This document shows positions 9,370-17,339 of a stretch of 64,000 nucleotides of DNA, piece after piece (position 1 is the stretch's first letter; the number at the start of each line of letters is the position of its first letter). The notes beneath the pieces are model-generated. The model was not told where the DNA came from. It saw only the letters and a list, made by a program, of their open reading frames with translations, and searched no databases. A program made the position numbers and the translations under genes. Location: positions 640,001 to 704,000 of the forward strand of contig JALDAJ010000001.1 of the NCBI GenBank assembly GCA_022729235.1. Reading direction: 5' to 3'. Source of the DNA: Candidatus Nanohalarchaeota archaeon (GTDB lineage Archaea; Nanohalarchaeota; Nanosalinia; Nanosalinales; Nanosalinaceae).

Positions 9370-9600
9370 AAACCAAATTATAGAACCTCTTTTTACAAAT
9401 ATTCTGGTCTAAAAACAGACTTAGAACCTCTAAAACTCATATAAGCTGGTTAGAAATACTTTAGCATGATGAAAGGAGCCATTTTATGGTTTAAACGTGT
9501 AAGAACTGTATTTATCTGCACTATCTGGCACTCCTACATAACACTGTGAACCACGACCGAACACTCATCGCCACAGCCCTCCGGTTTCTCTTAAGATAAT

Positions 9601-9616
9601 AGAAGAAAAGAAAAAA
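9601..9616 (-). terminator. U-rich archaeal terminator of the surface-protein gene
   Basis: TTTTTTCTTTTCTTCT on the minus strand ~30 nt after the stop at 9647. Confidence 0.5.
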
Positions 9617-9646
9617 GGTGGATGTGGGTGTAGGAGACTAGATCGC

Positions 9647-10789
9647 TTACGTCACAACTGACTCGACGTTGATAATCAGGTCTCCTTCCTCGATCATACC
9701 TGCTGCAACACCTAGTGGCAGGTTCAGATGTGTGCCGAACTCGAAGTGTTCCCCTGGCTGTAGTGGGTCTTCGGTGATGTACCTGATTGCTCCAGATGCA
9801 TCTCCATCTCCCTCACCACCGCCATCGTCGAAGGGATGGTCGGTTGTGTCTCCGTATTCAGCTGCTTCTAAATCCTCGTTGATATCTAGAGAATCAGAGT
9901 GAGCTCCAGGCGGAATAAATCCGTCACCCAGTAATGGGTCCCATTTGGACCACATTACGAATGTGTGTTCACGTTGGCTAGGAGTGTCGTGAGCTTCTAC
10001 GTCGCAGTAAGTCACAACGTCAAAGTTCCTCTCTTCTACTTCTTGATCTCCGTCACCGCTACCAGTGGTTGTGACATTGACATCTGGGACATAACCGTAG
10101 TCTCCGCTAATCGGTTCGATAGGATACTCTGTGTACTCAGAAGGATCTGTAAAGTCCACTGATCCAATCTGGTCGATTGTCTGTGCTTCGTTTCCTAAGA
10201 GAAGCGTGTCTGCTCCGTCTTCTCCATCACAGATGTTGTTCGCTGAGTTTGCAGTGCCATCGGCTTGAATTAGCCAGAAGAACTCGTCTTCTCCCATCCG
10301 GATTCTTCCGTAGTGGTACTCACTTCCAGATCCTGTAGATGGAACTACGTATCCGAGATCGTTGTCAGCGAACTCTACTCTGCTGACTGCTGCTAGACCT
10401 CCCTGTGATACAGGCTGTTCTGAGTCTACTTCACCCATGATGAAGTTCCCTGTATCGTAGGCGCCTGAGTCTCCGGTACCGAATGGTCTCTCAGATGGCT
10501 TTGTGGTTGTTGCCCAGATTCGTTCCAGCTGTACTGATCCTGCGTTCTCTATCTCTACTCCTGTGAATTGCTCTGTGTCAGAAGATTGCTCGTGCTCACT
10601 TCCTGGGAAGATGTCATCATCGAAGGTCAGCTGTGAAGGGTTGACCTTGACCGCTGTCTGTTCGCTTACCGTGACGTTGAAGTCTGAGTCGTCTTCTGAG
10701 TCTGGGGCAGGCTGTGCTGTTGTCATTGCTGCCATTCCTACTGCGAATGCTACTGCTACTAGAGCTACTGTTGCTTTGTGTTTTCTCAT
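9647..10789 (-). CDS. Secreted acidic beta-rich surface protein (S-layer or fimbrial-subunit candidate)
   Basis: Sec signal peptide MRKHKATVALVAVAFAVGMAAMTTA; GGAGGTGA Shine-Dalgarno before ATG 10789; Cys pair; no C-terminal TM. Confidence 0.75.
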   Translation of the reverse strand: MRKHKATVALVAVAFAVGMAAMTTAQPAPDSEDDSDFNVTVSEQTAVKVNPSQLTFDDDIFPGSEHEQSSDTEQFTGVEIENAGSVQLERIWATTTKPSERPFGTGDSGAYDTGNFIMGEVDSEQPVSQGGLAAVSRVEFADNDLGYVVPSTGSGSEYHYGRIRMGEDEFFWLIQADGTANSANNICDGEDGADTLLLGNEAQTIDQIGSVDFTDPSEYTEYPIEPISGDYGYVPDVNVTTTGSGDGDQEVEERNFDVVTYCDVEAHDTPSQREHTFVMWSKWDPLLGDGFIPPGAHSDSLDINEDLEAAEYGDTTDHPFDDGGGEGDGDASGAIRYITEDPLQPGEHFEFGTHLNLPLGVAAGMIEEGDLIINVESVVT

Positions 10790-11050
10790 TTTGATTTCAC
10801 CTCCTTGTCTTGTTGGTTTTTGTAGGTTTTGAAAGAGTAAATCGGTCACTAACCGATAAGAATGAATTACTGATTGTAAAGGTCTCTGTACAACTACGTC
10901 CAAAAGGATTAGTAGAACTATGGTTACGGGTTAAACTTCCCGCGGATGGACTAACAACGTCCGTGTGTTTGTTGCCTTGCATTAAGGGAATCACGCGTGT
11001 TCGTGTCCCCTCTCCCCCTTGAAACCCAATTCAGAGAGCTTGTTTATAAA
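10790..11050 (-). promoter_or_regulatory. TATA box (11043-11050) and long hairpin-rich 5' leader of the surface-protein gene
   Basis: TTTATAAA at 11043-11050; hairpins such as ATCGGT-cacta-ACCGAT (10841-10857), CGGG-N8-CCCG and GGAC-N7-GTCC; SD next to the start. Confidence 0.5.
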
Positions 11051-11140
11051 ATTAAACCGGGTGTGTTGGCTCCGGGTGAACTTTGCGGTCACAAGGCTCG
11101 ATAACTGTTTAAAGAATCGGATATTTCACTATTCTATAAT

Positions 11141-12238
11141 ATGGTATCTGCAAGAAAGCTGGCGCCGGCGATTTTCCTCGTGATGTTCATGTCGACAGTA
11201 TACGCGTTCAACGTAGGCGTTTCCCCGAATAATATACACTTAGGAGAGGTCGAGGCTGGTGAAACAGTTGAGTTAGAGATATACGTATGGTCGGACGCTG
11301 ACGGCGCTGTAATAGTTGACCCGGAGTACAGGAGAGGTGTAGGTCGTTATATCCACAGGGAGGACGAGATGCCTTTTGAGGTCTCCGGTCTTTCCGAGCA
11401 GGATACTTCTGAATGGGTGACATGGACAGAGGACGAGTACGAGGTCGACCCTGAGACAGAAGTAACAGCTGACGACGGCTCGACCTACGAGGAGGTGATG
11501 CCTTTCGAAATCGATATTCCTTCAAATGCGGAGCCGGGCTACAGGCTTGCCTTCGTGGACATCGACCTTGAGACAGGGGCGGGAGGACAGGGCTCTCAGC
11601 TAGGTATTTACTCTGTACCTGTGATACCTATAACGTATGAAGTGACTGGTGCTGGGACTGTTGACAGGTCGCTGGACGTCAATGAGGTCCGTTCGGTCCG
11701 CGCCGGCGCGGATGTGGTCCGTGTAGATTACCTGGTTGAGAACACCGGTACCGTCACGACGTCTCTGCGCGACTCAGATCTTTCGATAATGGATGATAGA
11801 GGGTTTGAGAGAGCGGATGATTCTCTTTCCCGTGTGAGGATAGCGCCCGGCGAAACTGAGGTGGTGACGAGGTGGTGGCGCGACGATTCGGAGATTGAGG
11901 CAGGTGAGTACCGTGTGAGCGGTGAGCTGGACTACATGACCGGTCAGTCGTTCTTTGAATCGACGATTGATATCGGAGACATAATAGAGATCAGGGAGGG
12001 ACAGGAACCGGACGACCCTGATGATCCTTCACAAGGTCAACCGCCTTACTTCCTGATACTTATGGTGCTCCTGGTTTTAGGAGTCCTGATGTACTCGTTT
12101 GAGGTTGATCCTCTGTACATCATATCGTTCCTGGGTGTCATAGGTATCTCCGCGTTCGTTGTAACTTCAGGTCTACCGGTCTATCTAGCCGGACTAGTTA
12201 TAATAATGACTCTCATACTACTTTACTACGGAGGCTGA
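11141..12238 (+). CDS. Secreted Ig-like domain protein with C-terminal membrane anchor
   Basis: Signal peptide; 'VGVSPNNIHLGEVEAGET' and 'VENTGTV' Ig-like motifs; PDDP linker and C-terminal TM helices. Confidence 0.7.
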   Translation: MVSARKLAPAIFLVMFMSTVYAFNVGVSPNNIHLGEVEAGETVELEIYVWSDADGAVIVDPEYRRGVGRYIHREDEMPFEVSGLSEQDTSEWVTWTEDEYEVDPETEVTADDGSTYEEVMPFEIDIPSNAEPGYRLAFVDIDLETGAGGQGSQLGIYSVPVIPITYEVTGAGTVDRSLDVNEVRSVRAGADVVRVDYLVENTGTVTTSLRDSDLSIMDDRGFERADDSLSRVRIAPGETEVVTRWWRDDSEIEAGEYRVSGELDYMTGQSFFESTIDIGDIIEIREGQEPDDPDDPSQGQPPYFLILMVLLVLGVLMYSFEVDPLYIISFLGVIGISAFVVTSGLPVYLAGLVIIMTLILLYYGG

Positions 12239-12245
12239 AAAACAG

Positions 12246-12707
12246 ATGGACAAGATACCTATTTTTGTCGTGGGCTTCAGCATCGCCCTCGGTCTGGCAC
12301 CTTTCATTCTTGATGATCAACTGCTTGAAACCTATGAAAACGAGTTCTACGTCAACGGTTCGGTTTACACACCGGATGACATTGACAACGCGACTGTAAG
12401 AGGCGACTTTGACCCTCACCTTGCGTTCGGTGAAGTCCCGAAAGAGTTCGAGTTGGTGAAGAGTTTGAACCTGCAGACTGACAGACCGACTCTTTCAGTC
12501 TTCAGTACAGAGGGAAACGTCTCTGAGGTCGTTGATTACCCTCGGTACAAGTACTACAGTCAGCCCGACGAGGCGGAAATCGCCTTCAACGGAACTGAAC
12601 CAAGCCTTTACGAAGGAAAGCTTCAGATGAAAACCTGGAGAGCTGAGGAAGGAGTTGCCGAGAGATGGCTGGACGTCCGGCACTGGTACTACTCGTTACG
12701 TTACTAG
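12246..12707 (+). CDS. Small exported/membrane-anchored beta-rich protein
   Basis: N-terminal hydrophobic segment, N-x-S/T sequons, tight operon spacing. Confidence 0.65.
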   Translation: MDKIPIFVVGFSIALGLAPFILDDQLLETYENEFYVNGSVYTPDDIDNATVRGDFDPHLAFGEVPKEFELVKSLNLQTDRPTLSVFSTEGNVSEVVDYPRYKYYSQPDEAEIAFNGTEPSLYEGKLQMKTWRAEEGVAERWLDVRHWYYSLRY

Positions 12708-13468
12708 CGCTTCCTCTTGTATCCGCCCTGACCTTTGAGGTAAGTGTGGATAACGAGGTTTCCAGCGGTGAGTACGACCTGAACTACTCCAGCGAAGTGG
12801 AAACACTCCAGTCTATCAACGTCACCTTTGATAATAAGGGATCAATCGGCTGCCAGTACAGGTTAAAAGGAGAGTTCAGCCAGGGTAACGATACTATAAC
12901 CAGATTCTCACCGGCTTACCCTCTCTTTCCCGGCTCGCACACCACTGCAGAACTCCAGTATATACCTTTCAACTACACCGGGCAGGTAAACACCACGGTA
13001 TACTCCCACTACTGCGAGAGAGAAGAAGAGATCGACAGCTTCACGTTCAACGTGACTGAGAAAACTATCTTCAACGGCACGGTCGACACCCGGACAGTAG
13101 ACGTCGGTGACCGGCAGACCAGGGTAGAGATGGATATCGGGAACGGCACCATGATACCGGAAGAGGCGCCAACGTTCTGGAAAGTTTCCGGTACAGAAGT
13201 AGAGAACGGGGAGGCTATCATAACTTATGATCCACCGATTTTCCAGGAAGGAAGGACCATCTCCTACACAGTCCTGGATGAGAACCGTTCCGTTGTAGGT
13301 ACTGCAGACGTGTTACTGGAGGAGCAGCCGACGGCGTGGGAAGAATTCAGGAATAACCTGGAGGAGAACTCGTTAAAGCTGCTGGCTATGCTGGTCGTCG
13401 CAAATATATTCATCTTGACGGTGAAACCGGCTCGAAGGAAGATTAAAAGCTTTAAAGCTCCGGAATAG
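12665..13468 (+). CDS. Secreted Ig-like glycoprotein with C-terminal TM
   Basis: Signal peptide, 'FDNKGSIGC', Cys pair, many N-x-S/T sequons, TM followed by basic tail. Confidence 0.7.
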   Translation: MAGRPALVLLVTLLALPLVSALTFEVSVDNEVSSGEYDLNYSSEVETLQSINVTFDNKGSIGCQYRLKGEFSQGNDTITRFSPAYPLFPGSHTTAELQYIPFNYTGQVNTTVYSHYCEREEEIDSFTFNVTEKTIFNGTVDTRTVDVGDRQTRVEMDIGNGTMIPEEAPTFWKVSGTEVENGEAIITYDPPIFQEGRTISYTVLDENRSVVGTADVLLEEQPTAWEEFRNNLEENSLKLLAMLVVANIFILTVKPARRKIKSFKAPE

Positions 13469-13482
13469 AACTTACATTATAA

Positions 13483-16449
13483 ATGAGCCAGAAAACCCGT
13501 TTTCTGCACAAGATACTGGTTGTTTCCCTGTTCTCTATAGCACTCATGTCATTCTCCGCGGCGGATTCTCCGGATCACGAAATCGATATCACATATTCCG
13601 GAGACGACAGCGAGATTTGGCTGCAGGCAGACAGCTCAAGTGAGACGACTCTGCAAGCACGCCTGGTATGTGAAGAAGACTATGAAGTGGATAGTATATG
13701 GATAGAAGAGATAGGTTACGGTGAGGTAGAGGGAAGTGAGGTGACTGATAGTGATACTATATCATACACTTTCGAGCGTGGTGAAGATGAGCCGGGTGAT
13801 TACCAGGTTGAAGGAGTATGTGATGACAGTGGTACTACTGAGGCTGCAGAGCCTACCTCTTTCCAGGTCATAGAGATGGCTCCTGAGATTGTGAGACCTG
13901 GAGCTACTACTCCGGGTTACAGAGGATACTTCATGGGCGATGATAGTGAGGGAGAGATTTACAAGGGAACTCCTGTTGTTATAGATCTGAACGTTGAAGG
14001 ACTGGATAGGGACTTTGAAAGATCGGAAGTCGATATCGGGGCATGGTTCTCAGGTTATAGCGATGAGTTAAGTACGAACTACGAGATCAGCGAGGATAAC
14101 GAGGTTCTCACCGTCCATCCTTTCGTACCGAATGATATAGAAGGAGATAAGCACGATATAACTGTTGACTTCAGGTTTAACTCTGCAAGAGATGATACAA
14201 CCTTCGCTGTCAGCTCCGAAACTCACGGTCAACCATTATACATAACTTCGGTAAGAGTAGAGGAGCAGAAACCTGGTCGAAACATCCTCTTGAATGAGAT
14301 AGGTGATATCGAGCTTGATCTCTACGTTGAGGAAAACTACAGGAACTTTGGTATATCTGCGGACGATTTCCGGCTGAATGAGGAGACCGGTCTTTTCCGG
14401 CTTGAACCTAGAGATGGTTCTGGAGAATATACGTTAGAACTTGACACGGTCCCCGAGATAGATGAAGACGATGATTTCGAGGCAGTGATAGATTTCAAGG
14501 ATGTCCTGTACGGTTCGAACTATGTTGAGGTAGCGGAGTTTAACGTGGAGAACAAGGTCTGGTTTGAGGGCCACCTGCGGAATGTCGCCGACCATCCTAT
14601 CCAGGGCGAGTTTGTGGCATATAAGGATGGTGAGAGGATTACCTTTGACACGGATGAAGGATACTATTCCAGGATGTTTGAGCCGGGTGAATACGATTTC
14701 AGAACTGACTTTTTCGAAAACAATGTACTAAGAGGTGGCGTATACCTACAGGACGTTGAGCTCAGTGAGGAGTTCGATACGAGCGTCAGGTTCAATTATT
14801 ATGAGAACCCGGACGGACTTGGTACTGAGGGATTCGAACCGATTAACATGATGTCTGTCATCTTCGGTCATCCGTTCGATGGCGATGGAAGCGATGCTTG
14901 GATAAGATTCGACCCTCACGGAGTTGAGGTCAGTGATGTCAGTGTCTACGAATGCAGGAACTGGAACTTCTTCTCACAGGAATGCATGGGACAGTGGAGC
15001 CAGATACCGGACTCGGAAGTTTCACCTGATCCTGTGAACTACGAGATGCGGTTCCCCGTCGAACCTCTTGAAACACGGTACTTTGAAACGGACAGGAAGA
15101 TTTTGATGAGTGCTTACGCAGCTGGTACGCCTGCAGGACTGGAGCTTGATTCACCACTCGAGATCTCTGGAGTCAGTGATGGGATGGCTCCTGTAGGTGA
15201 GGAGCTGGAGTTCTCCGGCGGTATAGTATCTTCTGAAGGAAACTCTGTGAGAGGCGCTAATGTTACTGTTAAGCTTATGGATGGTCAGGAAGAGGTGGTG
15301 TCCGGAGAAGATGTCTCACGGACTGACGGGAGTTTCTCGATAGAGATGGATGCACCAGCTGAGCAGGATATATATACGATAATGATAGAAGCGGAAGATG
15401 GTTCCCACGAACCCTACTTCGCGGAGAGTGACAGGATGCTGGAGACGTTTGTGATGGAAGGCTTGGAGCTTTCCGCGGTTGCGGACGGAACCCGGGATAT
15501 AACGGCTGGTGAGACATCAACGCTTGAGTTCCAGCTGGAGAACACGGGGCAGACAGAGCTGAATGGTGTCGGTCTGGATGTCTCTTCTGACAGTTCTGAT
15601 TTCACGGAGTACGTGGAGCTTGAGCAGGAAAGTATCGATGCTCTTGAATCAGGGGAGATAGTCACGGTAAATGTTAACGTCGATATACCTGCTGACTACT
15701 TCGAGGATACGCCTGCAGAGTACCCGACGATAGAGGTCGAGGCGTGGGCTGAAGGACAGGAAGGAGAACCTGTTAACGCGGAGTCATCCCTGATGACTGC
15801 GGTAAGCGCTTCTACAGGAGAGACAGGTGAAAATGATACTGGAACTGAAGAAACCACGACGCCGGACGACGGCTTCGAGTTCGATGGTACGATGACTATC
15901 TCGCCCTCGGAGATGAGGGAGGTTACAGGCGCGTTCATCGCAAGCCAGAGCGCGCTGAATATCGCGCTTGGACTGATATTCGTGTTTATGATGGTGCTCG
16001 CCGGCGCCCTAAAGAAGAAGGACGGGGGTGGCAGAGATGTCCGCAGGGACGTTGTGCCTGGTAACTCGCACGGGCGGACAGGTGTACGTCCTCCGAAGGT
16101 ATCCCCGGCTGAAGAGGAGGAGCAAAAAGAGGAAGAAACGGATGGCGTGAGTGCTGGAGAAGATGATGAAGAAGAGGAGATAGAGGAAAGTGTTGATGAG
16201 ACAGAAGATACCAGTGAAGAGGTCAACAGGTTTGCGGATGCGATGGATGACGAAGAACAGGTGGGAGAGGATAGCAGTGAAGAGGAGGAAGATAAAGAAG
16301 AGAAGGAAAGAAGTGACGTTGAAGAACAGGAAGGCAAGGATGAATCAGTTGATGAGGATAAAGATGTTTCCGGGGCGAAATGTGATATCTGCGGTGAAGA
16401 GTTCGATACCGAGGCAGGCGTGAAGCTCCACAAAGAGACTGCTCACTGA
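13483..16449 (+). CDS. Large cell-surface protein (Ig/CARDB-like domains, TM, acidic cytoplasmic tail, C-terminal C2H2 zinc finger)
   Basis: Signal peptide; 'LENTGQTEL' CARDB-like motif; TM 'LNIALGLIFVFMMVLAGAL'; ends CDICGEEFDTEAGVKLHKETAH. Confidence 0.75.
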   Translation: MSQKTRFLHKILVVSLFSIALMSFSAADSPDHEIDITYSGDDSEIWLQADSSSETTLQARLVCEEDYEVDSIWIEEIGYGEVEGSEVTDSDTISYTFERGEDEPGDYQVEGVCDDSGTTEAAEPTSFQVIEMAPEIVRPGATTPGYRGYFMGDDSEGEIYKGTPVVIDLNVEGLDRDFERSEVDIGAWFSGYSDELSTNYEISEDNEVLTVHPFVPNDIEGDKHDITVDFRFNSARDDTTFAVSSETHGQPLYITSVRVEEQKPGRNILLNEIGDIELDLYVEENYRNFGISADDFRLNEETGLFRLEPRDGSGEYTLELDTVPEIDEDDDFEAVIDFKDVLYGSNYVEVAEFNVENKVWFEGHLRNVADHPIQGEFVAYKDGERITFDTDEGYYSRMFEPGEYDFRTDFFENNVLRGGVYLQDVELSEEFDTSVRFNYYENPDGLGTEGFEPINMMSVIFGHPFDGDGSDAWIRFDPHGVEVSDVSVYECRNWNFFSQECMGQWSQIPDSEVSPDPVNYEMRFPVEPLETRYFETDRKILMSAYAAGTPAGLELDSPLEISGVSDGMAPVGEELEFSGGIVSSEGNSVRGANVTVKLMDGQEEVVSGEDVSRTDGSFSIEMDAPAEQDIYTIMIEAEDGSHEPYFAESDRMLETFVMEGLELSAVADGTRDITAGETSTLEFQLENTGQTELNGVGLDVSSDSSDFTEYVELEQESIDALESGEIVTVNVNVDIPADYFEDTPAEYPTIEVEAWAEGQEGEPVNAESSLMTAVSASTGETGENDTGTEETTTPDDGFEFDGTMTISPSEMREVTGAFIASQSALNIALGLIFVFMMVLAGALKKKDGGGRDVRRDVVPGNSHGRTGVRPPKVSPAEEEEQKEEETDGVSAGEDDEEEEIEESVDETEDTSEEVNRFADAMDDEEQVGEDSSEEEEDKEEKERSDVEEQEGKDESVDEDKDVSGAKCDICGEEFDTEAGVKLHKETAH

Positions 16450-16479
16450 TAGTTCTGGTTAAGAAAAAGTCTAGTAGAG

Positions 16480-17262
16480 TTACCGTGTCACGTTCTGTTT
16501 CAGTTTCTTGAATCCGCGCTTGAGTTTCGCGAACCTGGGTCTTTCGAACCGTTGTCCTTCCAGTCGGTGTGCAAGTTCCTGTATCTCGAGTGATGCCTCG
16601 GAGAGAGGTTCTTTGTTGACAAGAGGTGTGTTTTCGAACAGCGACTTCTTCATCTCGATGTCGTACGGTACCTTTGCCATTATGTGTGACTCGGTCATCA
16701 TCTCTACCTCGCGTTCGATCATCTCCATTTCTGGGTCGTTCTTAGCCATGTTGATTACTGTTCCGAGGATGGGTATACGCATATCTTTCGCCTTCTCTAT
16801 TATCTGGGCTGCGTTGATGCCTGAGGTCTGGGTGGGCATCGTCACTATCATAAGTTCGTCGCACGCGTGCATTATGTTCTCCACGGTTGAGTCCAGTCCA
16901 GGTGGGCAGTCAACGATTACGTAATCCGATACTTCGCGCGCGTGTTCCACCGCGTCCCTGATATCTGAAGGATCGGGTTCTACCATGTCGATTTCGTTGG
17001 AGGCGACCATCGCCTTTACCCCGGTTGGATGTCTGAAGATCGCGGATGACGGGTGGTCGTTTCCTTCTAGAATGTGCTGTATCTTTACAGGGTGATCGTA
17101 GCGTCCTAGGTGTACTCCCAGGTTTGACGCGGAGAAATCAGTGTCTATTACGGTTACCTCTCTTCCGAGTTCGCTCAGGGAGATACCGAGGTTTACGGAG
17201 AGGCTGGTCTTTCCTACGCCTCCCTTTCCCGATATCATACCTATGACTCGTCCGCCGCTCAT
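16480..17262 (-). CDS. minD: MinD/ParA family ATPase
   Basis: Deviant Walker A SGKGGVGKT, 'IDTD', 'VIVDCPPG', basic amphipathic C-terminus. Confidence 0.88.
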   Translation of the reverse strand: MSGGRVIGMISGKGGVGKTSLSVNLGISLSELGREVTVIDTDFSASNLGVHLGRYDHPVKIQHILEGNDHPSSAIFRHPTGVKAMVASNEIDMVEPDPSDIRDAVEHAREVSDYVIVDCPPGLDSTVENIMHACDELMIVTMPTQTSGINAAQIIEKAKDMRIPILGTVINMAKNDPEMEMIEREVEMMTESHIMAKVPYDIEMKKSLFENTPLVNKEPLSEASLEIQELAHRLEGQRFERPRFAKLKRGFKKLKQNVTR

Positions 17263-17339
17263 CAATAACGGAGAATTTGGCTGTTATGTTAATAAACTTG
17301 ATGAAAGAAGCGCGTGTGTTACGGGCAGGTTTTCCGGTT

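Noticed and set aside
9381-9431. TAGAACCTCT direct repeat upstream of the RelE-like gene
   Set aside because: Two 10-bp copies in AT-rich DNA; too little support for an operator call
10790-10903. 38-aa N-terminal extension in the 9647..10903 ORF call
   Set aside because: The SD and signal peptide point to ATG 10789 as the true start
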